Below the pieces are notes generated by a model. It searched no databases. It saw only the letters and a list, made by a program, of their open reading frames with translations, and had not been told where the DNA came from. This document shows positions 27,376-42,222 of a stretch of 64,000 nucleotides of DNA, in pieces (position 1 is the stretch's first letter; every line of letters begins with the position of its first letter). The stretch comes from the human T2T-CHM13v2.0 reference genome, Homo sapiens. The stretch is taken from NCBI RefSeq assembly GCF_009914755.1, contig NC_060947.1; one strand, given 5' to 3'. The position numbers were made by a program, and so were the translations under genes.

Positions 27376-28587
27376 GTACCATGAAACGTTAAAGTGAAAT
27401 TGAGTAATAGGTACTCATTAAATGTCTGGGTCATTTTCTAAAAAAGTTAAAATACGAAAACATTTTGATTAAGCCTAAGTGTAAAGTTTATATACTTTGG
27501 CATTTTGTTTTTATATGGTATAGAGCAGCTAAATATTTGAGTCTATAAGTAAAGATTTTTTTAAAAATTGTTCTGTGAGGAAGTGCATGTTTCTAAATAT
27601 TGTAAAATATGCATTTAAAAAATGTTGGTTTGATAGAGTTCAAAATTGCTTATTTCCTAGGTTGTCACAAAAAATTAAAGTTACTGAGAGTTAAGAATTC
27701 TAACTATATGTGTAATTAAAACTACTAGAAGTAGGGGGAAAATTCTGTATGCAAAGTATAGAAGGAAAGTAAGATGTGTTTTTGCTGAGAAAAATTGTAA
27801 AAAATAGAAGGATATATTTTTGTTTAGAAAGAGCATTTTTTTAATTCAGAGATTATTACAGATTGTTCCAAAATACAGAATTGGGAAGGAAATAGAAACA
27901 AGGCAGGAAGGTACTAGTTAGTAGGAGAGATGTGAAAAGAAGTTATAAGTATGAGGAGGCATTATTGGTAAAGAGGGATGAAAAGTGAGAGTAATATTTA
28001 CTTTTGTATGAGAGAAAACTTTGCATGGTTAAAATGATGAGGAAGAAGGGAAAATAGGTGTTTGTCCTAATATGCCAGGCCAGGTCTCCATTAGCAACCA
28101 GAGCCGTCAGCCTTTACCAGCACCTTAGTGTCACTCTGATGAATGTATAAGTTAAACATTAAAGAACTGGAGAAACTGGTGCCTTAGTACAGAGGCTAGA
28201 ATGTAAAAACAAGTCCATTAAGATACTGTCTGGGCTTTCTCAGACCTTAGAATTTAATTAAAATAATGGAGACATACTTGCACACCATGTACCAGGACCC
28301 ACTTTAGATTAAGTAATTTTTCCAAGTCTCTGAAGTAATTGTCCAGACCCTGGACCCTAGTTAAAGATGAGATAGAGTGAAACACTTTGGCTTTCGGCTT
28401 GTAGGTGCACTGAATGTATATAAGCACTAGGAAAAACTTGTAACTTTGAGTTGGTCTGGTGGGTTACTCCAACCTCCTCCCTGTAACCAGCTACAGAAAT
28501 GAACTCCCTTCTTTCCCAGTCTGTCTGCATCTTGTTATTGAACCGTGAGAGCAAGCAGCCGGACCTTGTTCTGTCCAGGAACAAATC

Positions 28588-28605
28588 TAGCAAGCCAGAC
28601 AGGAG
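28588..28605 (+). other. Primer-binding site, tRNA-Arg type
   Basis: tagcaagccagacaggag vs TGGCGAGCCAGCCAGGAG (15/18), 4 nt after the 5' LTR. Confidence 0.75.
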
Positions 28606-28973
28606 GGAGCTGCCCTCAGTGGCCAGCCTCTTGCAACGAGATGGTCACTGGGAAACTCCCAGCACCTGCCAGGTACAGTTTGTCCTGAGCTTACCTGATG
28701 CAAAGACTGCCCATCCTTCTATTGCTGGGTAAGGGCAGAGGTTAGGAGCAAACATGCTTGAAGGATCATTCAAACTGGATTGTAAGTGGATTGTAAGCCA
28801 GAAGACTATTATTTCCTCTATTTGGGCTCACGTAGCCATTTGTTTTGGTACCATTGAGAAAGCAATATGACTTGTTTGTGTAACTGCTTTGCATTTGTTT
28901 GAGGATTCATTTGCATTTGTTTGTGAAAATTTGTTCTGTTTGTCTGATATTTGTTAAGTTTAGAGTACTCACT

Positions 28974-29744
28974 ATGGGCAACACTGCATCTATTCCTACA
29001 AATAGTCCTCTGGGGAGAATTTTGTCAGATTGGAAGCACTTTGGTTATCCACCCATGACTAAAAAAATAATCTATTGTAGCAGAGCTTGGTCAATGTATG
29101 TTTTGGGGTCTGTGAAATGGTGGCCAGTTTTGGATCTCTAAATTTTCATACCCTCTATCAATTAGAATTGTTCTGCCAGAGGTCAGGCAAATGAGGCAAA
29201 ATACATTATGTCCAGGCGTTTATGTTACTGCTTAATAAGGATGGTAAAGAAAATGGAAATAAGCTAATGGTGCAGTACACTGCTAAAGTCTGTCCCGACT
29301 CCCAAGGGGAGAGAGAAAAAACCTCTGAAATCCAACAGTTAATGAACACTCTAAACCCCATAGTGGCTGCCCTCCCATCTCAGGAAAGAGAAGGAATGTC
29401 ACTGCCAGAGTACAGGGAAGTAGCAGAGCTACTGTCTTCTTCTCGGACTAACCAAGGTACTAATTTTGGCTGGGGAGTCACCGAGTCCAAAGCAGGGCTA
29501 TTCCCACTACGATAATACCCAGTAGGAGTCAATCAGCAAGGAGTTCCAGCCAGATGTTATTGGGCCTATAATACCACTATATTTGCTACACAATGTCCCA
29601 CCTAAGATGTGCAGGCTCTCCTAAACATTAAGGTATCTGGTTTTAAATAAAGCAAAGGAAGAGGCGCAACATCTTCATAATGAAAATCCAAATGACACTC
29701 CAGATCCTGACAGGGCGATTCACCACATGGACCCAAATTGGGAT
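28974..29744 (+). pseudogene. gag: ERV gag remnant (MA, part of CA)
   Basis: MGNTASIPTNSPLGRILSDW (myristoylation start) ... VLNKAKEEAQHLHNENPNDTPDPDRAIHHMDPNWD; frameshifts and stops. Confidence 0.85.
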
Positions 29745-31709
29745 ATTGTAGAGGACGTACATCGCAGTGTAACTAACATGTATACTAAGTTCCCTTATTT
29801 TCCTGGAGATCATAAAGGGTTTATACTATTGGATTTAAAAGATGCTTTCTTTTGCATTCTCATAGACACAGAAAGTCAATTGTTGTTTAACTTTGAATGG
29901 ACAGATCTTGAAGCCGCAATGCAGTTTCAATATTGCTGGACTGTACTCCCACCAGGATTTAAAAACTCTCCGACTACATTTGGAAAAGCCTTCGTTTGAA
30001 ATTTAAGGAGTTTAAGATTGGGAAATGGAATACTGTTACAATATTTGGATAATTTACTAATAGCTACCCCATGTGAATGGGAATATCACAATAATACTAT
30101 TAAAACTTTGGACCATCTAGCAACCTGTGGGTATAAGGTTTCAAGTAAAAAGGCTCAAATATGCCAACAAACTGTGCAATACTTAAGTTTTTTCTTACAG
30201 AAGGGAACCAGAGCTCTAACAATGGAAAGGTAAAATACAATCACTTCCATTGCAGCACCCACTACCAGAAGGTTGCTGAGAGGATTTCTAGATGTGGCAG
30301 GGTTTTGTCTATTGGATATGGATTCCTAACCATGGACTACTGGTAAAGCCACTGTTTGAACTGTTTAAAGGAGCTAACAATAACATCTTTGACTGGGAGC
30401 AAAACACCAGCATGCATTCAAACAACTGAAACATAAGTTAACCCCCACCCTAGCCCTGGGGCTCCCAAATCCTCATAAGCCATTTCAACTGTGTATGCAT
30501 GAGAGACTGGGTCTAGTGCTCGGGGTCCTTATGCAGAAGTTAGGAGAAATAAGACAGCTGGTGGCCTACTTTTCTAAACAGCTGGACACAGTGGCTACAG
30601 GCTGGCCCCCCTGTCTGAGAGCACTTGCCACCAACTGCCTATTATTAAAGCAGGCTGAAAAGCTAACCTTGAGAAAGCCTATTACAATCTACATGCCTCA
30701 TCAGGTACTAGTGCTACTTTAGCAAAAGAGAGGCTATTGACTGACAGCTGATGGGTTAGGCAAATACCAGGGCAGACTCTTAGATGACCCCACTATGAAA
30801 TTACAAACCACCAGAGCTCTAAACCCAGCTACATTACTACATCCTACCAAGGAATCAGAGGACCCCATGCGTAATTGTTTGGAAATCATTATCAAGTGTT
30901 TTCCAGCTGCCCTGATTTAAAGGATACGGACTTGCTGCATGCAGACTGGATATTGTTTGTGGATGGGAACAGCCTGGTAGCCAATGGGAAAAGAAATGCT
31001 GCATATGCCATGGCAACCTTTTCAGAGGTAATAGAAGCAAAGATTGTACCAATGGGAACCTCTGCACAGAAGGCAGAACTGATTATCCTTGTGAGAGACT
31101 TGCAGTTGTCCCAAGTATACAAGGCACATGGAATAAATTGGAGACTACAGTCAGCATGGAGACCACAATCTTCTGGACAGACTAAAAGTATAAATCAAAC
31201 ACTAAAAACAATTATTGCCAAACTGCGCCAGGAAATTCAACCAAGATAGGCTCAGGTAGTTGGCATTGCACTGCTCCAGGTAAAAGTGACCCTCAGAAGT
31301 AGGAGTAAGTTAAGTCCCTATGAAATTATATATTACGAGAACCTTTGCCGCTAATCTGTCTCTGGTTACTAGGGTGGTCCTTAATAGAAAGTCAACTATT
31401 AAGCAGGATGTTGCTCATTTGGGACAAATTCTTAACATTTTGCATAAGCTTGCTTCCATCTGGAGCATTGTCTGGTGATCAAGTACTGCTAAAGAATGGA
31501 GGGCCCAACTCAACAACTACAGGAGAAATGGGAAGGACCCTACAACGTGTTGCTGACCACCAATTCGGCACTGAAACTGGTGGGCATCAAGCCACCACAT
31601 ATGGGTAAAGAAGTTTCTACTAGATGAAACATCCATGACAGAGGACACCAAGGCCCCCAAATGGGAGTTGGAACCCATGGAAGGCCTAAGGTTTCTGTTC
31701 AAAAGATGA
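29745..31709 (+). pseudogene. pol: ERV pol remnant (RT, RNase H, partial integrase)
   Basis: LDLKDAFF, WTVLPPGFKNSPT, LLQYLDNLL (YxDD degenerate), VAYFSKQLD..GWPPCLRA, LFVDGNS, SAQKAEL, AWRPQSSGQ; ends WELEPMEGLRFLFKR. Confidence 0.92.
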
Positions 31710-32291
31710 TAAGCTATTCTTTTATAATATTTTTCTTCACTGTTCCTCTTGTTGTTTCTGCTTACACCTCTAACCTTTTCCTATAATGGGCACAAGAATA
31801 TGCAGATAGCCTACAGCAAGACTCTTGCTGGATCTATTACCCCTCTCTAGTACCACAGGACTGCTTTGGTGGGTCTCCCCCCATACAAGGAAAATTGGGT
31901 TACTTCCTAGAAAATCATAAAAAATGGGCAGGGTCGCAGGTGAGGGGGATAACTAGAAAAAAAGTATTTCTGAATGGCCTATAAATAAAACTTTAAATAA
32001 TCCAGGGCACAGGTTCCTTCTTGAGCTATAGGTAAAACTGAATGTTGTATGTATATTCCCAATAACTCAGAAAACATTTATTTAGCTTTAAAGAATATGA
32101 ACCAACAGATTGAAGCCCTCTATAGCTCTGCACTGTCTCTCAATAAATTAATAGCATCTTGGTTGGGTGAAGGACCTTCTTGGTGGCAGAAAATTCTGGT
32201 TGTCCTAGCCACCCTCTTGGGCATAGGCATAGGCATAACACCATGTTGTGGACTATATTGTTGTTGTACGCTGTTCCAAAACATTCCCTGA
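31706..32291 (+). pseudogene. env: ERV env remnant (signal peptide, start of SU, end of TM)
   Basis: MISYSFIIFFFTVPLVVSAYTSNLFL*WAQEYADSLQQDSCWI; KTECCMYIPNNSEN; membrane anchor WWQKILVVLATLLGIGIG. Confidence 0.8.
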
Positions 32292-35200
32292 GCTCATAAA
32301 ATCATGTTTCAACAGGCACTGGCTTTGAGTCCCCGAAACCAAGAACACTACCAATGGCAAGTAGATATTTAACACTCCAATGTCTCTTGACGATGACCCT
32401 CTTCAGTAGGAAGTAGCCAGAGAGAATAAGTCATCCACCTGCCCTTACTGCTATTATATTATAGCTTATACTCTGTACTAACCCATAATAGATTAATGCT
32501 TGAAACTAACATGATGGAAATCATGCACAAATTGACAGTGATGATTGTGGCAGGCCGGGTCTCCATCAGCAACCAGAGCCGCCAGCCTTTACTGACACCT
32601 TACTGTAACTCTGATGAATGTATAAGTTAAACATTAAAGAAATGGAGAAACTGGTGCATTAGTACAAAGGCTAGGATATAAAAACAAGCCCGTTAAGACC
32701 CCACCTGGGCTTTCTCAGACCTTTGAGTTTAATTAAAATAATGGAGGCATTCTTGCACACTTTGTACCAGGACCCACTTTAAGTAATTTTTCCAAATCTC
32801 TGAAGTAATTGTCTAAACAGACCCCAGACTCCAGATGAAGATTACACAGAGTGAAACACTTTGGCTTTCAGCTTGTAGGTGCACTGAATGTATATAAACC
32901 ATAGGAAAAACTTGTAATTTTGAGTTGGTATGGTGAGTTACTCCAACCTTCTCCCTGTAACTGGTTGCAGAAATGAACTCCCTTCTTTCCCAGTCTGTCT
33001 GCATCTCGTTATTGGACTTCAAGAATAAGCAGTCAGACCCCATTCTGTCTGGGAACAATAAGGTAGAATGCCAAGATGTTTTTTATAAAAGAAGTATAAG
33101 ACAAAACCGAACGTTTAAGCAAGTTGTAGAAGATTTGTGGAAGATAAATGTCATGAAAGAAATTTTATGTGTGATCAAGATGGGTAAAATGAGAAGGGAA
33201 TTATTTATGTTTCTTTCTAGAAATTGAATGTTAATATCAAAATACACTAATGCAAGGATAAAGTTTGAGCCCATGTGTTGGAACAACAGAATTTTTTCAG
33301 AGCATTGAAACGCTCTTTAAGAGGAAATTTTGAGAGGTCTATTTTTACTTTTTAGATAACTGGCCTAGGAGGCAGAGATTCTATTTTTTAAGATAATTTA
33401 TTGTGCTTTGTGGCTTTAAATATTTTAGCAGTTTGGTTTGATTTCCTAGTGACCTATGATCCTATTTTGATCAAATGTTTTAAATCTTTGATATTTGACA
33501 AACTTCTCAAAAATCAATGTTAAATCATTTTAATCTCCAAGCAAAGTTGGGACATTCCAGTGATACCTGGAATTTCTCCAAGGATCTGTAAAAGAGAGAT
33601 ATTAAACCTGTTGATTTAATGTGATACGTTAAATTACATGGGAAGCATTGACAAAATAAATGATGTTTAAGCTTCTACAAGTTATATTAATATAAATATG
33701 TTATTAATATGTGTTCTAAAATTGTATAAAGTTCCTAGAAATCTAATATAACTTGGTAGAGATGCTATTAGTCATAATTTTGCTTTAGAAATAACAAAAT
33801 GTCTTGGCAATTGTGTTATTATTATAATGAACTCTCATCAGGTTTTTAGCCATGTCCATTGTAATTCTTGATGTCTATTGTGAATTCCTTTATTCTTATG
33901 CTTTTCTGAAAGCTTCTTGCAAGCAATTATAATCCTGAAGTTTTCTGTCTTTAAGCAGCTTCATGGAAAGAATAAAAAAACCTCTGAAAAGTACAAGTTT
34001 CTAATAAGTTTACTTGAATTTTCAAAATTCTAATGAAGAAACTGATGGGTTTGTTAAACTGCTAAACAAGAACAGAGCTAGAATTAATTACATGAGACAA
34101 TAAACTGATGACCAAAAAATGGGCTTTTAAGGCTTCATTTCAAACCTTGCTGGTTCTGTTAGTGTTTTCTTTTCAAGATTTAAGAAGCTGTTTCCTTTAA
34201 TCTCTCTATAGCTTACAAAAATTTGGAAAAACATACTTTTCTAAACAAAAATTGAAACATTTTCTTTTCCTCTCTCCTTGGTCTCTTCAGAATTCAGAAA
34301 GTATTTGTGAGTATTCTTATTTTTATGGCAATATGATTATTTGTATAAGTTCAATACAAAATATGTTTTTTTATAACAAGATACTCTTGAAAACATTGTT
34401 ATATTGCCAAGGCTTTGACTGGAACGTTATATTTGAAAATTTCCCATTTGAGAATGCCTGGCTTCAAAAATTTCTGGCCTTAGAGTGAGTGGGCAAAAGT
34501 TTTCACTTCCTGGAAGGCTCAGAAACATCAAGACATTAGATACAGAATGAAACATTGAATGTCTGCCTTGGTTTGGCTTATTAGCATTGAGAGATTTTTA
34601 AAAGTTCAATCTGAAATTCCTTGTCAAAACTTCCAGCATGGCAAATTTTAAAGGGATGTATTTAATTATTCTTGCCACATAAATACATAAATAATCAGGC
34701 TAAATTTGACACTAAATTTATTTTGCAACCACTTTCGTCTTACTGTGATCATCTTTGGTAGAAATGGGAGTCACTATAGAGATAAAAATTATTTTCCAAA
34801 AGAAAACTCAGTACACCTGTTATTAGATTGCAGTGCTGTTCATTGTTTTTTAGTTTTTCCTATCTACTTATAGGTAACTGGATTCTAAATTCTAAATTCT
34901 TCTACTTTTCTCTAATATATGGCTACAACTTTCCAATGAAGAATGAAAACTGCTCAGTTACTGAAGCCCTATAAGCCAAAATTGGACAAATTTTATGTAA
35001 ATTACAAGGAACAAGTCTCATGCCAGATCTGTGGGTTCCATAGAGTTCACCAGAATATCCTATGCCACAACTGGAGACATTTAAACTTCAAACCAATACA
35101 AGAAGTTGCTGACTTCATGCTGTGGACAGCATTTCCAAGACCATCAGAACAAGATTTTCTATCATGTTGAGACTCTTACCCCTCTTAATATTTCCTTATG

Positions 35201-35399
35201 CCTGCCTCTTTCACTTGGCAGGAAAATGCTGTAGTTAAAATTTCACATTCAGTAGATTTAGCAAGTAACTTGTACTTCCTGCTTTAATTTAACCCAGTCA
35301 TGGGATGCTAGATTACCTATTATTTTCATAGAGAGAAATCTATGCAGATGATGACCTTTATTGTCAACATGGATAAATACAGTGGGTATTATAGAGTGG

Positions 35400-35674
35400 A
35401 CTACTTGGTTCAAATGTGTAAGCTCCTTGTCTGGTTATTTAATTTTAGTTGGCTTGGTTCACGGGGACGGTGGTTAAGAAGCATACTCCAAACTCTTGTT
35501 ATTATCTTCCTGGTAGTCATAACAGTAGTCTTCCTGGTGTGCCGTATCCACCTAAAAAGTTTTGAATGTTTCTATATAGCCATCGGTCAAACATCAAATA
35601 TTCTCTCTCTGGCTATAACAACAAAACTCAAAGAAATGCATAATAATGAGGAGGACACTGTAACCCATAAATGA
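35400..35674 (+). pseudogene. env: env TM-anchor remnant of the host ERV1 provirus
   Basis: WLFNFSWLGSRGRWLRSILQTLVIIFLVVITVVFLVC just upstream of the PPT and 3' LTR. Confidence 0.6.
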
Positions 35675-36034
35675 CATGCTAAGACAACAAACACAAAATT
35701 ATGGTAACCAGGAGTAGCAATGATGTCCTATGGTGATGTCTCACCTAGGTGAGAACCTGGCAGAAAGAAGGGAATTGTAAAATAAAAATTTTAGGAGACC
35801 ATTATTTTGGACTAAGCTTCTGCACTAGGCCTTAACAGACCAGACTAGAAATGAAAGTAGAGCCACCCGTGCTAAAGTTCTATGTTAACATACCCAAACT
35901 AAGTTCTTATGTGACCTTCTGAGAAATCAGGAAAAAAAGAGATAACAGCCAATTTTCCAAACAGGCAAGTTTAAATCTTCACTCAGCATAATGGAGTTCC
36001 CTTTGCTTAATCCTTACACAGAAAAGGCACGTGT

Positions 36035-36155
36035 TGGTGATCAGATGACCCCCAGAAAAACTGCAGATGCGTAAGTGAGATATAAATGATTATTCTTACA
36101 TTCCACTGAGTTTTGGGTTAGTTTGCTTTATAGCAATATTAAGCTGACTGATAGA
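36035..36155 (+). mobile_element. MLT1 LTR 3' end
   Basis: tgagatataaatgattattc...ccactgagttttgggttagtttgctttatagcaatatt..agctgactgataga. Confidence 0.6.
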
Positions 36156-36991
36156 AGCATCATTGCTAGACTAAATTTTTATAAATCTGGAGGAATTTAA
36201 TGGATTTCAAATTGTTGGCCTGTAAAATGAATGAAAAATATGTTCATAGTGGTACATCGTGTGCTGGTATGAAAGGTTACCTAAGTTTTGAGTCAAAAGA
36301 GTAGGGTTCCAGAAACAGTATGTTTTTTTATATTGGGCTTTTATAAGTTCTCTCAACTTTTTTTTTTTTTTTTACCATTTTGATATGTTAGTCTTTCTAA
36401 TAAAATGATTTGCCTTTTAGTGACAGTATTGCATTTTTGATAAGATAAAGCACAATAACCTGAACTATCTGAAGAAACAAGCATCATAGAGCCATAATTG
36501 CTGTGTTAAAAGTTTTCCTAGAATAAACACAAAAAATAATTGAAATACCTACATAATAAGTAATATTAATTACATAGAGTTAATGGACTGGAGGAAAAGA
36601 AGCATTATAGTTATTAAACATGATATCTCAAATTGTTTCTGGTAGAAGGTATCCAAGTTACTGGCAGTGAATCTGTACGAGTCTACAGCAACAATTCTTG
36701 CCTCCTCAGAAGAAAGAATTTGACTGAGGAGCACAAGGCAGAAAAAGAGACTAAGGCAAATTTCAGAGCAGTAATGAAAGTTTATTTAAAAAGGATTTAG
36801 AACAGGAAAGAAAAAAATTATGCTGGGAAGAGAACCAAGTGGGCAACTTGAAGGACAAGCGCAGTGCTGAACCTTGATCCTAGGACTTTATAGGGTGGCC
36901 CAACTCTGGCATTTTGTGCCTCTTTCCCATGATTCTTTCCTTAGGCTGGGCTGCCTGCACGTGCAGTGCCCTCCTTATCCTTTGGAAGTGA

Positions 36992-37819
<828 letters not shown>

Positions 37820-40800
37820 TAACTGTCTGTAACATTCCCCCTGTCAAGAGCCCAATACCCCACATCTTTGGGGTAAACTTGGTGGTCAGTGTTCTATAAC
37901 TACCTCCCACTGACAAAGTGGTGGTGATTCTCTGGGTCTTGGCCTCTTGCTAGCTGTGAGGGCAGGAGGGTGACTCTGTGTGTTGGTGAAAGCAGTGTAT
38001 AGCCAGGTCAAAGGGAGATGGGCAGGATTTCACATCCTTCCTGTCCCACTGATGGGCAGCCTAGGGGTCCCCTGTAGAAGGGTGCCTCTTGAAAATTTAG
38101 AGGACAGTATCCCTCACTGAGAATCTTCTGGAGCATGATGGCCTAAAGCAGAGGAGACAAATTAGGTTATTATAATTAGAAGAATGTTAAAATGAAATAA
38201 GGTAGTGAAAACAGCTCCAAAAAATCCTGAGGCAGTCAACACTACATGCTAAGGTAACTGGTAGCTATAGACATGCCTGCTAAAACTTGGATGCATTGAG
38301 CTGCTAGCCAATTCCAATGTGTGCCTGTAATTAGAATATTATCTAGATTTTTACATTACCCATCCTGTTTATTTCTTCTGAGCTGCAGCAAGAGATCACT
38401 GGTTGGTTCACAGGAATAAGCAGGGTTGTTCTAAAATGCAGACAAAAACTTAAAAACAACTGATGAGACTAGAATCTAATGATAGGTGTACCATAACTTT
38501 TGAAACATAATTTCTGTCTCTCTAGTCCTCATTTTTGTTAAAAACAAATCATGATAGGATTGATTTGTCCAAAAAATAAACTTTAGTCTTATTATACTTG
38601 GCCTCATTATTATCATAAAGTGCAACAAGAATAGTTATTTTTCACATAGGCTTTTAACTTGGCTTTGATGGAACTTTGTTCCATAGAAGGAATCTCAGAT
38701 AAGACTTTTTTAAACCCCAGGCCGGCCATGGATTTGTACCATCAAATACCTAGTGGGGTAAATTTCTCTTCTCTTGAGGTCCCAAAATAACTTTGACCTC
38801 CTGATCTGTTAGAAAGTGACATTCTTTACTTACCACAGGTCAGCAACTCTGTACAGGACTGTGTAGACAAGGTATGAAGCCAGGTTTCCCAAGGGGTTTT
38901 TATTGGCTCTATAAGTCAAATTTGATTCCTTAAAGGAAAGCATGCCATTCCAGTGAAAGCCTTGGTAAGACAACCCTTTTCTCCAATTGTCCTGTTACAA
39001 AAGAAAACATTCTCATGCACTTATGCAAATAACCATATTGCCGTAAGTTAAGAATACTCACACATAGTTTCCAAATTATAGAGAAATCAGGTAGAGAGAA
39101 GCAAATATGCAACAAATTTTGTTCACAGGAATATCCTGTACTCAATTGCTACAATCTGTCAATTGCTCAAAAGAAAAGTTTCCTTGACTCTGAAAAACAA
39201 AGCAAAGGATCAGCAACATTTTAAACAAAAAGTCAAAAAAGATTACTTCAGTCTTCTGTTAATTCACTTCATTCAGTTAACTGCTATTCTGCTTTATATT
39301 CATGAACATTTTAGCTCTCCATGAGAGTCATGAAGGATTTTTCTTTTATTCTAATGTCACAATCTCCAAAGTTATCAGAAATCTGCATTTAAGAACACCT
39401 GTTAATGTTGTATAGCTGATTATAAAACCACCATTTAAAGAGGATTAAAACAAGACAACAATTGTCTATGAATGACCAAGAGTCTTAGGGCAGCCACAGT
39501 TAAAGAAACAATTGACAAAGAAATGTGTTACCTCTGTGGCACACAACAGTTTTACATAACAATTTTAATTATTAATAACATATACTAAGTTGTATTAGAA
39601 TTCCATAGTTTTGGAGCACATACCAATAACATATTTATATGAATACAGCTCAGAGAAAGAACTCTTAGCAACTTTTGGTGAAAAACCTAGTTAGTAAGCA
39701 ATTTTAATTATGTGCTTGGTTTGGAGCAGATAAGAGGTACAGATAAGATCTGACTCTTTTGAGAATAGCTAGGGGTGTGGCTAACTCCACATATCCCCAG
39801 GTCTTACCTACCTGTAAAGCAGGCAAGTTGTATAGTTAAGATTCATAGTGAAGCATTGAGGAGGTCTAATAACAATTAAATTGTATAACATTTATTGTAT
39901 AAATTACCTTTCATGAATCCTTTCACGGCTTACACTGACCATCTTTGACATGCTCGGACATTCTGATTTGTCCTAAATATCCCTCTTTTTAAACAACCAG
40001 TCATTTTACTTTAGGACAATAAGATTCCTTCTTATATAAAATCTCTTTTCTTTATAACCTCTCTACCAAAAATACCTCTTTGCCTTTATAACCTTTGAAT
40101 TAGGCAAAAGTCATTTTCCTTCTGTTAAAAAATTAAAGTTTGTACTGCACATTGCTATGCAGGCCCTGTGAAGGGAGAGTAAAGACATTATCTACATACT
40201 GTAGAATTTAGCTCTCCTCAAGTGATTACTTGGTTAGATTTTTGCTAGGGCTATTAGAGAGGAAGATGAATTGGACAAATATTAAGTGAACACCCATCTT
40301 GGAGGGTACATTTTTGCACCAAAGAGGTGAGGGGTAGCCAGACCTTACAAGGCACTGTTGAGAGAATGGTAATTGGTCCCTTAAGTGATATAAAGGGGTG
40401 TGAATCTCTTTTTGAGGGAGGGGATGCTATTTGCCTCACCCAACAGGTTTATCCCTGTCCTCCTTATTCTGCTCTCGGTTATAAAAGACTAAAGAACCTA
40501 ATCTGAAGACCCCCTGCACAGGAGCACTGTGTTGCAAGGCTGACTTTTGTAATTTCCTACCAGTTCATTTTTAAGCCAAACAGTTTAAGGTTAGGGAAAA
40601 TTAAACTTTTCCCATTTTTAGGGAATGCATCCAAGGGGTGTGTCCTGTGGTATGAAGACACAGTTACTCATCTGCCATTTGTGAAGAGGGAACAGAGGGG
40701 AAAAAAAGAGGAAAAAGAAAAAAGAAGGCATCTCCCCTTTCTTCCTATTATCCCAAATGGGGTGTCCCCCATCATCCTGGGTTCTGGACTTAAGCAGTCT

Positions 40801-42222
40801 TTACCATGTACCATTGGTCCCATCTTGTCACAATTACCCACTTGAGAACAGAGGAGATATTGGAATGAACAGTTGGTCCCTGTTCATTCCTGGAGTTTCA
40901 GAATTAAGTGGTCCTCACTGTGTACCACCCCCCAGCCTTTCATCTCTGTTCTCATGGTAATCTGTTAGCCTGGGACCACCCTTCATCTCTGTTCTATGGG
41001 TCTCTTGCATCTGTGGCCTTGGGCCAGCCTCCTTGTCTCCATAACCTTAGAGTGACCCTCACTCAGAGCATTTTACGAATAAAATGATTATCTCTTTTCT
41101 TAGAAGAATGTTTCTCCATTAACTGCTGCAAGGACTGGACTTCTTTCCCTCCTCCCTTAGAATATGACCTTGAAGATCTTGATACAGGTTGAGAAGGGCA
41201 TGGAAGTAATTAGAGAAATGGAGGCTGCAGGAGGAAGTAGAAGGAAGTGAGAGAAATATTCATGGAAAGGCTTCATATGCTCTTGAAAATAGCTGCTCTT
41301 GGATTCCAGAGGGTCATGTGTATTCACCCTCTGGACATAAAGCAGTAACCTCCGGAGGACTTGGGGCTTGGGGTAAGAATTTCTCCTCTTCCCAAAGTCG
41401 TGCTGGCTAAAAAGGCAAGAGGGTGGAATCCTTAAAGGGCCAGAGTGAAGCCACATGCAGCCAGACAAGCTTGTTATGATAGCTATCAGAAAACTTAGCC
41501 CTTGGGCATAACAGCAATGAAAAGCACCTGGTGAGTTCTAAGAAGCTGGCAGAGCTGAGGTTCCAGTTAGTGTCCTGGCCATGTGCCAGCAGGGATGGGA
41601 AGGATTGAAGGTCATCTGAACTGGCAAAAAACAAATATAAACCTCCAGAGGTATTCGCAAGGGAGTCCATGACTTTGCTGCTGCACAAACGCAGAGAACC
41701 ATGGGGGCATCAATAACAGGGAGTGTGTATTTAAGAAGTCACATGGCATGCAAAGTAAAAGCAAAGAAGCAGGCTTGTCCCCAAGGTGGAAGGTCCAGTG
41801 GATGTCCAAAGCCATTTCAGAACACACATACAGAGAAAACAGGAAATTGAGCAGTTCAGGTTTTTGGAAAAGAGCTGATTTTAGATGGAAGAAATAAAAG
41901 CAGAAGAATCCCCAGACATTGCATAGTTTGTAAGCCTTAGCCTCACCACTCTCAGGACCCTCCTGTCTAAGAGGGCCATTTAGTGCCTCTAATCTTCTCA
42001 TTGTGAACCCTAAGGTCTTTCCTACCCACAGGAGCCACCTATAGGGGTGAGCTGAGAAATTTGCTGGGGAAAGCATCGTCACCTAAGGCCAAGAGGAATT
42101 GTTCTGGGGGTTGGTTAGTAAGCAGGAGAGAGAGAGAGAGAGAGAGGAAAAACCACACACGGAGTTGGATGCCTCCAGCCAAAGAAGACGAGGCATAGAG
42201 ATATCTTACCACTAAGGAACAT

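Larger units (their letters stand above)
28071..33057 (+). mobile_element. Two-LTR ERV1 provirus, MER84/PABL-related: LTRs 28071-28583 and 32546-33057
   Basis: Direct-repeat LTRs (11 mismatches in the first 100 nt by hand); TSD ctaa/ataa; PBS, gag, pol and env remnants in order. Confidence 0.9.
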
